NCBI GenBank assembly: GCA_963701775.1
Contig: CAVPBH010000018.1
Coordinates: forward strand, 184,568-248,567
Length of the DNA: 64,000 nt
Direction: 5' to 3'
Origin: an uncultured Chloroflexia bacterium
GTDB lineage: Bacteria > Chloroflexota > Anaerolineae > JAAYZQ01
In this document: one piece after another, positions 36,042 through 46,427 of the stretch
How the letters are laid out: each line of letters starts with the position of its first letter
Position numbering within the stretch: position 1 is the first letter of the stretch
Made by a program: the position numbers and the translations under genes
The notes under the pieces: model-generated
What the model was told of the DNA's origin: nothing
Database searches by the model: none
The model's input: the letters and a program-made list of their open reading frames with translations, nothing else

Positions 36042-38413
36042 CTATGGGATGGTGACGGTGTCGCACGTCTCACCATTCTGGTCCGGGTCGTAGACCCAGC
36101 CGGAGAGCACCACATCCGTTATGCAGATTTTCCAGGTGCCGAGCTGGTTGAGAAGTACCTTGAAACTCGCGGCGCCCAGGGGGTTGGTCAGACTGACTTG
36201 CGCCTTCGGCCTGCCGCTGGGCGGGATCCACTCGGCCTGCACACTCGCTCCTGCCACCGGGCCGCCGCCGGCGTCCAGGACACGCACCAGGCCCCGGATC
36301 GCGAAGCGCCAGTGGCCCAGGTAGACGACCCTCAGCTTGATCCACTCCACGTGCATCGCTCCCAGCGGCGCTACCGTCACGGTCTGCTGCACAGACTCTT
36401 GCCCGCACGCGTTGCTTGCCGTCATGGTGACGGCATAGTCGCCGAAGGCGGCATAGGTGTGCGATGCCGGGTTGCCGGTGTCCGTCCCGCCGTCGCCAAA
36501 GTTCCAGGCGTAGTCGATGGGCTCACTGCCAGCGGCGGTGCCGGTGACGGTCACCACCTCGCCCATGGTCGGCGACGGGGAATCCACGTGAAGCCGGTGC
36601 CCGACACCGGCTCGAGCACCTTCAGCTGCACCGCCAGAGCCACCTGCGGCGTGTCGGGGTCGTTGCTGTTGACGAGCAGGCTGCCGGCGTAGGTGCCGGC
36701 GCCCAGCCCGGCCGAGTCAAAGGTAAGGATCACGTCCACACACTCGCCCGCGAGGAGCGTCGTGCCCGCCGGCTCCTCGGTCAGCCAGTCGAGTGCCTCC
36801 GACAGGCTCCAGACCAGGTCGGCCGTGCCGGCATTGCAGATCTGGACGGCAAGCTGCGCAGACCCGCCGGGGCAGAGCTCCGCTTCGAGCAGCGGCGCGG
36901 TCACCACGATGTTGGGGAAGGGAGGCGTCTCCACCTGGACGAGCTGGCCCAGGACCTCCACCTCGCCTTCCGCCAGCGGTGCCACGTCGTCTTCGCCCTG
37001 CCAGGCCACTAGGACCAAGTCACCGCCGGCCTGCGCGGCCAGGGCGGGCCGGCCGGCGCCGTAGGCGGGGTCGCCGTCGGGCCCGGCATCGCTGAGGCGC
37101 ACCGGGTCGCCGGCCAGGTCGCCCGTGCCTTCCAACATCTGGCAGAAGACCTCCATCTCGTCGTCGGCCAGCGGTCCGCTGCCCCAGTCGTGGTTGTCGT
37201 CGCCACGCCATGCCACCAGGTAGCGCCCGGGCGCGGCCAGGTAGGCCACAGCCGGTGCCCAGGCCCGGTAGGCCGGGTCGCCATCGGGGCCCATGCTGCT
37301 GATGCGGAAGCCGCTCACACCGACGGGGCTGCCGTCGGCTGCCAGGCGCTGTCCGTGGATCTCAATCTCACCCAGAGACAGGGCCGGCCCCCCTTCGTCG
37401 CCCGCCCAGATGACCAAGTACTCGCCGGTGTCATCGTTGTAGGCCACCGCCGGCCGGCGCGCCTGGTAGGCCGGGTCGCCGTCCGGCCCGGCGGCGCTGA
37501 TGCGAAAGCTCGGCAGCCCCACCAGGCTGCCGTCGGCGGCCAGGCGCTGGCCAAAGACCTCGTACTCGTCGTCGACCAGGGGTTCAGCGTCTGTGTCCCC
37601 CTCCCAGGCGACCAGGCATTCGCCGGCATCGCCGCACGCCAGCGCGGGCTCCTGGCCTCGGAACCCGGTATCGGCCGGGTCCGAGCCCATCTGGCTGATG
37701 GAGAAATCGTTCACGCCTACCTCGGCCGCGGCTGCATCCAGCCGCTGGCCAAAAATCTCGACGGCGTTATCCATCGAGTCGTCCCCCTGCCAGGCCACCA
37801 GGTACTCGCCCGAAACGGCGTTGTGGGCGACGGCAGGGTTGAGGGCATCGAAGGCCGGGTCGCCGTCGGGGCCCATGTCGCTGATGCGCACCGCCGATCC
37901 GAGCAGGCTACCGGCGGCGTCCAGCCGCTGGCCGTAGATCTCGAGCTCTCCGGCGGCCAGCCCGGCGGCTGCGCCGCCGGCCACCCAGACGACCAGGTAC
38001 TCGGCGGCAGCCGGGTTGTAGACCAGAGCCGGGTCGCGGGCGTAATAGGCAGGATCGCCATCCGGCCCGGTGGTGCTGATCCGGAAGCGCGCGCCCAGCA
38101 GCGTGCCGTCGCCGGAGACGCGCTGGCCGTAGATCTCGAACTCGTCATTGCCCAGCGGCGCCGCCTCGTCGTCGGCAGCCCATACCACCAGGAACTCGTC
38201 GCCGTCCGGGTTGTGCGCCACGGCCGGGTCGAGCGCGTAGAAGCGGGTATCGCCGTCGGGCCCCATCGCGCTGATGCGCAGGTCATTGGGGCCGATCTCT
38301 CCGGCGATCCCCGGCTGCGCCGCGGCCGGACCGGCCTGCCCGCCGGCCAACGCCAGCAGGACAAGGACCACCACCAGGACGCCGCAGGTCAGAGCTGTTC
38401 TTTGTCTTGCCAT
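36042..38413 (-). CDS. secreted protein: seven ~55-aa RIS-MGPDGDPA repeats, a W-SLSE/SNDPD beta-sandwich, a PKD domain and the shared C-terminal domain; frameshift at ~36586
   Basis: ATG at 38413 with a GGAGGAGG RBS. Signal peptide MARQRTALTCGVLVVVLVLLALA. The repeats read NDxRISxMGPDGDPAxxAxxPAVAxN..EYLVVW..DD......DExEIxGQRL. The PKD domain (EPIDYAWNFGDGGTD) and C-terminal domain (..GTWKICITDVVLSGWVYDPDQNGETCDTVTIP) are in the overlapping frame. Confidence 0.7.
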
Positions 38414-38488
38414 GGTTCCTCCTCCGGGCGGGGTGATCCCCGCCCCTGCGGCAGCCGGTCCGTCAAGGGCCGGCAAGCCGCAACCCGG

Positions 38489-40405
38489 CTACTTCTCTGC
38501 CTGTGCTGCGAGCAGCTCCGCCACCAGGGCCTCCAGCGCGTCCAGCCGCAGACGAAGGTCTTCGTTCTCAGCGCTCAGCCGCGCCGTCTCGGCCTGCTCG
38601 GCCTGGAGCTGACTATACAGCTCCTGGATGCCGGCCAGGGCCACGCCGTTGGCGTCCAGCGGCGCGATGTGCTTGTCGTCCGCCCCCAGACCAAAGGCGG
38701 CGTAAAAGTCCTGCGCCGTGGGCCCCATGTGGCGGGCGCTCTCCCCCTTGTAGCTCCAAGTAAAGACGGGGAGCGCGGCAATGCGCGACAGGACGGAGGC
38801 CTGGCTCACGGCGCAGAAGCTCTCCTTGCGGTTCACGTCGGAGGCTTCGGTGAGCGCGCCCTCGATCGTCAGGTTCCCGCCCAGGTCGAGGACCGCCTTG
38901 GTTGTGCCGTTTACCTTCAGCTCGAGAGGGGCGGTTCCATACGACCCGACCCCCGTCGTCGCCGTCAGGCCGCCGGCCAGGTTCATGTTGCCGGCCCCGT
39001 CCCACTGTGCCACTATCGTGGGGCCGATCCGGACATTGAGCCCAGTTTCATTATAGATCTCTGGCGTCTTGACGAAATCGGCCGTGACGCCAAAGGCCGA
39101 GAGCTCACCGTATGGCCCGAGGCTCAAGGTGCCGTTGTTGCCCAGTGTCGCCCGCGTGACACCGTTGACGACGAGCTCCAGCGGCGCATCGGTGGGCGAG
39201 CCAACCTGCGCTGCCGTGTCGGTCGCGGAGAGGAAGGCATACGCACCGTCGGTGCGATGGGCCACCACCTGAGGGTTCTCGCCGGTTCGCACCACCTCCA
39301 GGTCATACTCCGGGGACCAGGTGCCGATGCCGACGTTTCCCGTGTTCTTGAGTGTCAGGCTATTGGTGGGCGTGCCGGGCTGGATGCGGAAGGGCAGCAA
39401 GTCGCCCGCGGTCACGTCGCGCACGAAAAAGTTGGACTCGTTGCCGGAGACATCCCACACCTGGGGCGTCCAGCCACCTGATGCATCCTGGTCCAGGCGG
39501 ACGGTCGGCGTGTCCCCCCACACGCTGTGCAGGCTCTTGACAGGCGTCGATGTCCCCAGGCCAACCCGGCCCGAATCCGAGACAAAGAACGAGTTGGTCC
39601 GCGCGCCGGCCATGATCTTGAAGGGCTCCTTGCTGTTCGTCGAGTCCTGGATCTTCAGGTAGTTGGCGCCGCCCGAGCTGGAATCGTTGGCAATGATCCG
39701 CCAGTCGTTGAAGGGGAAGCCCGGCGTCGCGCTGGTATCGTCGAAGTAGATCTGGATGTTGTTCTCTTTCAGCTTGAGAGTATCAAAACCAAAGTTCTCC
39801 GATCCATCCGTAAGGCAGTCGAAACCGAGGCACTCGCTACCGGTGACGATCAGGTCGTCGGATACGACATAGTCCTCGATCTGGCCTCCACCGGTCGCTC
39901 CCGGCTCCTCGCCGCCGACGACGATCACTCCCGCCTCGATGCGAAAGTGGCCCGATGCCCGGAGGCCGCCGCCCGGGAGCTGCCCGGTTCGCTGCAGCTC
40001 GGCCACTACCTGTTCGCGCTCGGCGCTATCCGCGGCGGCATCCAATGCCGCCTGGGCCTCGGCCGACAGCCGGGGCCGGAAGGTCAGCTCGTAGCTGTAC
40101 GTGCCGTCGGTCACTGCCATGTCGTCCACATGGAAGACAGGGGACTCGCCGGCCGCGAACTCTTTCTGCCACACACTCCCGCCCGGCCCCTGCACGGTGA
40201 GCGCCGCGCCGGCCGCCTCCGCCAGCGGCTGCCAGGTGATCGACTCGGGTGTGACCGTCGCCGTAGCGACATTCTGACCACCATCCTGCGCAATGACACC
40301 TTGGGCAAGGGACGCTGCCCCCACCTGTACCTGGCCGGGGCCCGCTACCAGCGACAGCACCAGCACCACCAACAACGCACTGCCGAGAACAAGTCTTGCT
40401 TTCAT
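38489..40405 (-). CDS. secreted tail-fibre-like protein with C-terminal S74 intramolecular-chaperone domain
   Basis: Signal peptide MKARLVLGSALLVVLVLSLVA. The central part has Gly-rich beta-helix-like repeats. The C-terminus (SDVNRKESFCAVSQASVLSRIAALPVFTWSYKGESARHMGPTAQDFYAAFGL...IQELYSQL plus coiled coil) matches the S74 auto-cleaving chaperone module of phage tail fibres and endosialidases. Confidence 0.7.
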   Translation of the reverse strand: MKARLVLGSALLVVLVLSLVAGPGQVQVGAASLAQGVIAQDGGQNVATATVTPESITWQPLAEAAGAALTVQGPGGSVWQKEFAAGESPVFHVDDMAVTDGTYSYELTFRPRLSAEAQAALDAAADSAEREQVVAELQRTGQLPGGGLRASGHFRIEAGVIVVGGEEPGATGGGQIEDYVVSDDLIVTGSECLGFDCLTDGSENFGFDTLKLKENNIQIYFDDTSATPGFPFNDWRIIANDSSSGGANYLKIQDSTNSKEPFKIMAGARTNSFFVSDSGRVGLGTSTPVKSLHSVWGDTPTVRLDQDASGGWTPQVWDVSGNESNFFVRDVTAGDLLPFRIQPGTPTNSLTLKNTGNVGIGTWSPEYDLEVVRTGENPQVVAHRTDGAYAFLSATDTAAQVGSPTDAPLELVVNGVTRATLGNNGTLSLGPYGELSAFGVTADFVKTPEIYNETGLNVRIGPTIVAQWDGAGNMNLAGGLTATTGVGSYGTAPLELKVNGTTKAVLDLGGNLTIEGALTEASDVNRKESFCAVSQASVLSRIAALPVFTWSYKGESARHMGPTAQDFYAAFGLGADDKHIAPLDANGVALAGIQELYSQLQAEQAETARLSAENEDLRLRLDALEALVAELLAAQAEK

Positions 40406-40624
40406 CTGTCTTCTCCTTTTGTTGATTCCGGTCGTCTTCTGTCTTCGACTGACCTTCCAGGAAGCCGCGAGCTTCCTGGAAGGTGTCTGCCCTCATCGGG
40501 CGCCGCTCAGCGCCACGCCGGGGCGCCTCTGCTCCATCGGTACCGGGATAGACCCCTGCACTTTCTCGCCTGCAGCCCGGTCACACGCCCAGCTCGCGAG
40601 CGTCCAAAGCCGCGAGTCTGCCAC

Positions 40625-43402
40625 TCAGGGCACCGTCTTTGTGTCGCAGCTCTCATAGTTCTGAAGCGGATCATACCTGTACCCACTCTTGATGACGTTC
40701 GTCACGCACACGCGATATGTCCCGGTCTGCTTGGAGGAGACCAGGAACTTGGCCTTGCCGAGCAGGTTGGTGAGGACGACCTGCGACGTCGTCGTGCCAT
40801 TGGGGAGGGTCCAGGTAGCGTAGACAAGGGCACCCGAGACCGGCCTCCCGGCATTGTTCAAGATGGGGACCTCGCCGCTGACCTTCCAATAGGTGAACAG
40901 CCTCATCGCGCCCATCAGGATGTTGCCGACGTGCAGTGACGGCACAGCGGACGTCACCTGGATGGTCACGGTAGCGGTGTCGCACATGCCGAACGTGTCG
41001 CAAACACGGTACGTGAAACTGTCCGTGCCCGTCCAGGGAGAGGTCGGGGAGTAGGTGAAGGTGCCGTTGCCGTTGTTTACCACCGTGCCGTGGGCCGGCA
41101 CCGTGACCACCGCCGCCGTCGTGGGGTCCAGGTTGCCGTCGGGATCGACGTCGTTGGCGGTAGCATTGATCAGGACGGCTTTGCCCGTAGCGGTGGTGGC
41201 CGAATCGTCGCGGGCGTCCGGCGCCCAGTTGGCCCGCACCGTCACGGTGTTTTGCACCAGCTCCCCTCCACAGACGTTCCAGGCACTCATCGACACCAGG
41301 TGGTCGCCGGGGGCGTCATAGACGTGCACGACCGGGTTGTCGCCCTGGATAAGGCCGTCCGGCAAGGATTCCTCCGAGTCGAACGCCCAGGTGAAGACGA
41401 TTGGCGCGGAGCCTTGCGCAGAGCCCGTGAAAGTCGTCGGCTGGCCCACACTCGGCATTGCCGGATCCCAGGTGAAGGCCAGGTCGTGAAGCGGCTCGAG
41501 CACTTCCAGGTCAGCCGGAACGGTCACCTGCGACTCGTCGGGGTCGTTGCTGGAGACCTGGATGCCAGCGGAGTACTGCCCTGGCGCCAAGCCTGCCGAG
41601 TCGAAGGTCACGGTCACGTCGCGGCACTCGCCGGGTGGTATGCTCCCGCCGAGCGGCTCCTCGCGCAGCCACGAGACCGAGTCAGCGGCGACCTGACCGT
41701 CGATCCGAAAAGCCAGGTCATGCGGCCAATCGGGGCTCCCCGCCTGGACTCGCCACGAGACCCATCCCTCGTGCCCCCCACCCCAGTGGTCCATGGGGTC
41801 GATGAACTGGGCCTCCTGTCCGTTCTCCGTCGTGCCAAAGTACCAGTAGAAGGCGTCTTCCTCGAAGCTGGCGAACTCGGGGAAGAAGAGGAGCCACCAA
41901 GAGCCCGAAGGCACAGCCAGTGACCCGCCCAGGGCGGCCACGAGGTCGAGCGTGACGTCGCCGTTGTACTGCCCGCCGATGGTAACCGCCGGATCGTCGG
42001 GGGAAGTGCTCCAGCACCAGAACTCGCCGCCGATGAGTGGGTGGCCCGCCGGCACCCCGCCGGCGTCCGGGTATATGCACCAGTGAAGCGCGGAAGCGTG
42101 GCTCATGCTGCCCCACCACATGGCGCCGGGGACGAAGATCGACTCGATGCTCCACGGCTCCAAGTTCACAAAGTCGTCGGCGGAAAAATCACTCCAGCCG
42201 TCGACGGTATACATATCGGAGTGTCCGGTGTTCTGGGCGAGGGTTGATTGGTCCCAAAGGATCCCTTCCGGCCGTCCCTTCCTTTCGCCTGCCATCTCGG
42301 ACAGGATCCAGGTGAGAGCCCCGTCCCCGGTGTTGCAGACCTGGAGTGTCTGAGTGGTGGTCGTATCGGGGCACAGTGTGGCGCTGAGGGACACCGGGCT
42401 CACGTCGATGTCGGGCTCGGTCACGGTGATTGCTTGTGTCACGCTTTGCTGGCCGCAGCCATTGTCGATCGTGAGCGTCACCTGGTATGTGCCCTTAGCC
42501 GCATAGGTGTGTGTTGCCACAGAGCCGATGCCCGTATCGCCGTCGCCAAAACCCCATTCGTACTGGATCGGCTCGCTGCCCTCGCCGGTACCCCGGAAGG
42601 TGACCTGCTGGCCCACGTTCGGGCCGGCCGGCAGCCAGGTAAAGCCGGCACCATGCGCGGGATCGAGCGCGGTCAGGCTGACGGGAACCAGCAGGCGCGG
42701 CGTCTCGAAATCGTTGCCCTGCACCAGCAGGCCACCCGCGTAAGAGCCGGGTGCCAGACCTGCCGTGGTGAAGGTGACCGCCACGCTCGTTTCGTCTCCG
42801 GGAATGACCGTCCCCCCAGTCGGGTCCTCGCTCAGCCAGGGAATATCGGCCTGGGGGCCGGCATAGGCCTCCACGCGCAAGGCCTTGCCTCCCGATCCCG
42901 TATTCCAGCTATCCCCGTACCAGATGGCGGATGGCGAGTTCTCGTCTGTCGCAGCTTGGGCCCAGAACCATTGGCCATAGGGCTGGATTGCCATGTCCAT
43001 ATAGAAGATGAGCCACCAGTGGCCGGCGGGCACGGCAGCGCACTGCCGGTGGCTAGCAGCAGGTCGAGCGTAACGTCGCGCCCCGCAGTCGATCGTCACT
43101 CCCGGGGCACCGGGCGACAGGCTCAGGTTCCAGACGTCGAGCCCATCGCCCGGCACTCCGCCCGGCTGCCCGCCGGCATCGGCGTAGAGGTACCAGCGAA
43201 ACGCACTGGCGTTGGCCGGGTCGGACGAATACTCACCGCCGCCGACGATGATGCGGGAAATCTCCCACGGCTCGGCGTTGACCAGGTCCTCTGCCGAGAA
43301 GGTGCAATAGCCATAGTCGGTGAAGCACTGCGAGGCAGACGAATAGGGACCTTCCTCGAGCTGCTCCGCCAGCGCCGGCTCGGGCGGCCGCTCGGACAGC
43401 AT
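40625..43402 (-). CDS. giant secreted adhesin-like protein, fragment 4 of 4 (C-terminal)
   Basis: Contains two SQCF...GHWWL-FY...QWFW domains, two W-SLSE/SNDPD modules, PKD domains and a cadherin-like domain (ANDVDPDGN). It ends in the shared C-terminal domain (TGTYRVCVTNVIKSGYRYDPLQNYESCDTKTVP). The upstream frame is joined at a G-run near 43395. Confidence 0.6.
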   Translation of the reverse strand: MLSERPPEPALAEQLEEGPYSSASQCFTDYGYCTFSAEDLVNAEPWEISRIIVGGGEYSSDPANASAFRWYLYADAGGQPGGVPGDGLDVWNLSLSPGAPGVTIDCGARRYARPAASHRQCAAVPAGHWWLIFYMDMAIQPYGQWFWAQAATDENSPSAIWYGDSWNTGSGGKALRVEAYAGPQADIPWLSEDPTGGTVIPGDETSVAVTFTTAGLAPGSYAGGLLVQGNDFETPRLLVPVSLTALDPAHGAGFTWLPAGPNVGQQVTFRGTGEGSEPIQYEWGFGDGDTGIGSVATHTYAAKGTYQVTLTIDNGCGQQSVTQAITVTEPDIDVSPVSLSATLCPDTTTTQTLQVCNTGDGALTWILSEMAGERKGRPEGILWDQSTLAQNTGHSDMYTVDGWSDFSADDFVNLEPWSIESIFVPGAMWWGSMSHASALHWCIYPDAGGVPAGHPLIGGEFWCWSTSPDDPAVTIGGQYNGDVTLDLVAALGGSLAVPSGSWWLLFFPEFASFEEDAFYWYFGTTENGQEAQFIDPMDHWGGGHEGWVSWRVQAGSPDWPHDLAFRIDGQVAADSVSWLREEPLGGSIPPGECRDVTVTFDSAGLAPGQYSAGIQVSSNDPDESQVTVPADLEVLEPLHDLAFTWDPAMPSVGQPTTFTGSAQGSAPIVFTWAFDSEESLPDGLIQGDNPVVHVYDAPGDHLVSMSAWNVCGGELVQNTVTVRANWAPDARDDSATTATGKAVLINATANDVDPDGNLDPTTAAVVTVPAHGTVVNNGNGTFTYSPTSPWTGTDSFTYRVCDTFGMCDTATVTIQVTSAVPSLHVGNILMGAMRLFTYWKVSGEVPILNNAGRPVSGALVYATWTLPNGTTTSQVVLTNLLGKAKFLVSSKQTGTYRVCVTNVIKSGYRYDPLQNYESCDTKTVP

Positions 43403-44009
43403 CCAGATCAGGTCTGACGCCCCCGCTGTTGCCGATGGTGAGCGACTGGGTCTCTTCCGTATCGGGGCAGAGAGCCGCCTCCAGAGATGTGGGTGAGACG
43501 GTCATGTCGGCAGGGCCGAGCACCGTCACGGTGTGCTGCACGAGCGCCGCCGGGGCGCAGCCGTTGCTCACCGTCAGCGTCACCAGGTAGCTGCCGAATG
43601 TGTCATAGGCGTGGGTAGCCACTGCCCCACCGCCCCCGTACCCGTCGCCATAGTCCCAGTCGTAAATCAGGGGCTCGCTGCCCTGCGCCGTGGCGCTGAA
43701 GTGGACCTGTTCCCCTGACAGAGGCCAAGTCGGACTCCAGGTGAAGGCGGCGTCGGTCGGCGGATCGAGCACCGCCAGGCTCACCGGGACGTCCAGAACC
43801 GGCTCATCGGGGTCGTTGCTGGCGAAGGTGATTGCGCCGTCGAAGGGATCGGAGCCTGGGTCAAAGAAGCCGACGTCGAGCGAAGCGCACTCCCCGGGTG
43901 CCAGCGTGCCGGCTGCGGGGAAGATGGTCAGCCAGTCCAGGCTTTCGCTGGCGGACCATTCCAGGTCCGGCCTCGCCGGCGTTGCAGACCTGGAGGGCTT
44001 GGGTCTCAC
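43233..44009 (-). CDS. giant secreted adhesin-like protein, fragment 3 of 4
   Basis: W-SASE/SNDPD module plus a PKD domain ([10 protein letters not shown]). The coherent sequence carries on into the 40625-43402 frame. Confidence 0.55.
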   Translation of the reverse strand: MRPKPSRSATPARPDLEWSASESLDWLTIFPAAGTLAPGECASLDVGFFDPGSDPFDGAITFASNDPDEPVLDVPVSLAVLDPPTDAAFTWSPTWPLSGEQVHFSATAQGSEPLIYDWDYGDGYGGGGAVATHAYDTFGSYLVTLTVSNGCAPAALVQHTVTVLGPADMTVSPTSLEAALCPDTEETQSLTIGNSGGVRPDLDAVRAAARAGAGGAARGRSLFVCLAVLHRLWLLHLLGRGPGQRRAVGDFPHHRRRR

Positions 44010-44910
44010 TGCCGCCGGGGCAGAGCGTGGAAGAGAGGGACGGTGGTGTCACGGCGATGTCGGGTTCCAGGTCGCAGACGTCGCCCACGCCGTCGCCGTC
44101 AGAATCCGCCTGGTCGGGGTTTGCTACGCTCGGGCAATTGTCGCAGAGATCGCCCACACCGTCTTCGTCGCTATCCGCCTGGTCGGGGTTGTAGGTGGAG
44201 GGGCAGTTGTCGCAGGCGTCGCCCACGCCGTCCAGGTCCGCGTCCGCCTGGTCGGGGTTGTAGGTGTTGGGACAGTTGTCGCAGGCATCGCCTGCGCCGT
44301 CGCCGTCGGCGTCCGCCTGGTCGGGATTGTAGGTGCTGGGACAGTTGTCGACGGCGTCTGGCACCCCATCGCCGTCAGAGTCCGGCTGGACAGTCACTTG
44401 GTGCTGCACCACTTGCTGGCCGCACGCATTGCTCACCGTCAGCGTCACGGTGTAGCTGCCGGCGCTGGCGTAGGTGTGCCCGACCTGCGAGCCAGAGCCG
44501 GTCCCACCGTCGCCAAAGGTCCAGGAGTATGTGAAGGGCGGGCTCCCCTGCGCCGTCGCGTTGAAGGTCGCGGGTTGGCCTGCCACCGGCGCTGCCGGGC
44601 TCCAGGTGAAGGCAGGTTCGCTGGGCGGCGCGCAGCCCGAGACGACGACCACCTGGCGAGTGACCACCTGCTGCCCGCAGGAGTTGCTCACCGTCAAAGT
44701 CGCCGTGTAGGTGTCGGGCGTGGAGTAGGTGTGGACGACCTGCAAGCCGCTACCGGTCCCGCCGTCGCCAAAGGCCCACGAGTAGGTCAGCGGCGTGTTG
44801 CCCTGCGCTGTCGCATTGAAAGTTACCGGCTCGCCCGCCACCGGCTGAGCCGGACTCCAGGTAAAGTCGCCGGCACTCGGCGGCGCGAGCACCGTGAGCC
44901 CGGCCGGCAC
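43861..44910 (-). CDS. giant secreted adhesin-like protein, fragment 2 of 4
   Basis: Two PKD domains followed by four thrombospondin type-3-like Ca-binding repeats ([19 protein letters not shown]). Confidence 0.55.
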   Translation of the reverse strand: MPAGLTVLAPPSAGDFTWSPAQPVAGEPVTFNATAQGNTPLTYSWAFGDGGTGSGLQVVHTYSTPDTYTATLTVSNSCGQQVVTRQVVVVSGCAPPSEPAFTWSPAAPVAGQPATFNATAQGSPPFTYSWTFGDGGTGSGSQVGHTYASAGSYTVTLTVSNACGQQVVQHQVTVQPDSDGDGVPDAVDNCPSTYNPDQADADGDGAGDACDNCPNTYNPDQADADLDGVGDACDNCPSTYNPDQADSDEDGVGDLCDNCPSVANPDQADSDGDGVGDVCDLEPDIAVTPPSLSSTLCPGGSETQALQVCNAGEAGPGMVRQRKPGLADHLPRSRHAGTRGVRFARRRLL

Positions 44911-45838
44911 CGAGAATCGATGGGGTGTCCGGGTCGTTGCTCGAGACGGTAAGGCTGCCGGAGTAGCTGCCGGGCGCCACGCCGACGGAGCTGAAGGTGG
45001 CTGTCACCGAGGCACAGGCACCGGCGTCCAGCGCGCCGGACGTGGGGGCGGCGCTCAGCCACGCGAGGCTCTCGGACAGGCTCCAGGTGAGCTGCGCCGA
45101 GCCGTTATTGCAGATCTGCAGTGTCTGGCTGGTCGAGGTCTCCGGGCACTGCTGTGCCGAGAGGGAGGTAGGGCTCACGGCAATGTCGGGCTCGACGGTG
45201 ATTGTGCCCTCCAGCCGGAAGGCCTTGCCCATCCCCAGCCAAGCGTACCACGTGCCGTCCATCCCAAGCCTGGCGGGCAGCCAGGGATCGGCCCCCCCCG
45301 AATTCCAGAACCACTGCCCGTACTGCAGGATCGACATGTCCACGTAAAAGACAAGCCACCAGTGGCCGGTCGGCACGCTCAGCACGCTGCCCTGCGCCTG
45401 AACCAGATCGAGGGTGACGTCTGCCCCCGAGATCGTCACCCCCGCAGCCGTAGGCCCCCGGCTCAGGCTCCAGGCCTGGCTCCCAGGATAGCCGCCCGAA
45501 TCGGTGTACAGGCGCCAGTTGAGGGCGTTGGCGTAGACCGGACTGATCCCCCAGTCATAGCCGTCGATAAAGATCTTTTCGATTTTCCACGTCCCGCTGG
45601 TGACAAAATCGTCGGCGGTGAACGTGCATCCGTAGCCGGGATCGAGGAAGCACTGGGAAGCAGTCGCCTCGTCCCCCTGCGCAACTTGCTCGTGCAGGAT
45701 GCTGTCCAGTCCCGACGGCACTCCCTCTTCTCCCCCGCGCACGATGCGCACTGGCTCGGGGGCAGAAGCCTGGCCGGAGGCGGCCGGCACCGAAGCCAAC
45801 AACAACGCCACGACAATCAGCCAACTGAATCTGCGCAT
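44750..45838 (-). CDS. giant secreted adhesin-like protein, fragment 1 of 4 (N-terminal, signal peptide)
   Basis: Signal peptide [22 protein letters not shown], an SQCF-type domain and a W-SLSE/SNDPD module. The frame breaks after ...SSNDPDTP at ~44915. Confidence 0.6.
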   Translation of the reverse strand: MRRFSWLIVVALLLASVPAASGQASAPEPVRIVRGGEEGVPSGLDSILHEQVAQGDEATASQCFLDPGYGCTFTADDFVTSGTWKIEKIFIDGYDWGISPVYANALNWRLYTDSGGYPGSQAWSLSRGPTAAGVTISGADVTLDLVQAQGSVLSVPTGHWWLVFYVDMSILQYGQWFWNSGGADPWLPARLGMDGTWYAWLGMGKAFRLEGTITVEPDIAVSPTSLSAQQCPETSTSQTLQICNNGSAQLTWSLSESLAWLSAAPTSGALDAGACASVTATFSSVGVAPGSYSGSLTVSSNDPDTPSILGAGRAHGARAAECRRLYLESGSAGGGRAGNFQCDSAGQHAADLLVGLWRRRDR

Positions 45839-45936
45839 TCTTCTCTCCTGTGGGTTCAGCTTTGGGCGTTTCCTGCGCGCCGTTTCGCACGCTTGCCATT
45901 ATGCTCACCTCAGGTCTACGGGCACCTCATCATTCA

Positions 45937-46170
45937 TCATGCAGCGCTCTCACGGGGTTCCGGAAGATCTCCCCCGCCGGCGAAGGCCTCCTCTTCCAGG
46001 AACTGTAGCAGCCCTGCCAGGCCGGCAAAGCACCGCTCATCGCCGCTCTGGACGCTGTGCACAAGGACGCGCCAAGGCGCACCCGGAGACTCGCGCCACA
46101 GGCGCAGCAGATAGCTGCGGTAGCGTTCTGGATCGGCGATGGGAACGGCGATTCGCTCGGTCTCACCCAT
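45937..46170 (-). CDS. small hypothetical protein (77 aa)
   Basis: MGETERIAVPIADPERYRSYLLRLWRESPGAPWRVLVHSVQSGDERCFAGLAGLLQFLEEEA... with a GGAAGAGA RBS. It is divergent from the regulator gene. The evidence is weak. Confidence 0.35.
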   Translation of the reverse strand: MGETERIAVPIADPERYRSYLLRLWRESPGAPWRVLVHSVQSGDERCFAGLAGLLQFLEEEAFAGGGDLPEPRESAA

Positions 46171-46427
46171 ACGTCTCTTCCATGACCCACTGGGTACGCT
46201 GTGCGAATTGTTCTGAAGGCTGCAGCAAAGCTGTCGCGACGCGTGGTGCGACAGCGTGGATCATACTCCATCGCTGTGACGAAAGTGTGACGGGACCACT
46301 GAGACGGATGAGAACGTTGAGGACACTGAGAGGTGGGAAGGATGGTGCGCCGGCGTTGACGAAATCTTGGAACTGTAGTACGATGCGGATGTACAAGACC
46401 CCGCAGTGCTGGGGAGAAAGGGCTTTA

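Noticed and set aside
37190-39481. 763-aa plus-strand ORF across two secreted-protein genes
   Set aside because: Antisense to signal-peptide-bearing genes with clear repeat and domain structure, and its translation has no features.
38489-40405. Interpreting the tail-fibre-like gene as evidence of a prophage
   Set aside because: There are no capsid, terminase, portal, integrase or att-like features anywhere in the window. The protein has a Sec signal peptide and adhesin neighbours.
44040-44300. Regular ~36-bp periodic DNA repeats resembling a CRISPR array or VNTR
   Set aside because: They encode thrombospondin type-3 Ca-binding repeats ([12 protein letters not shown]) within a coding frame. 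There are no spacer/repeat alternation and no cas genes.
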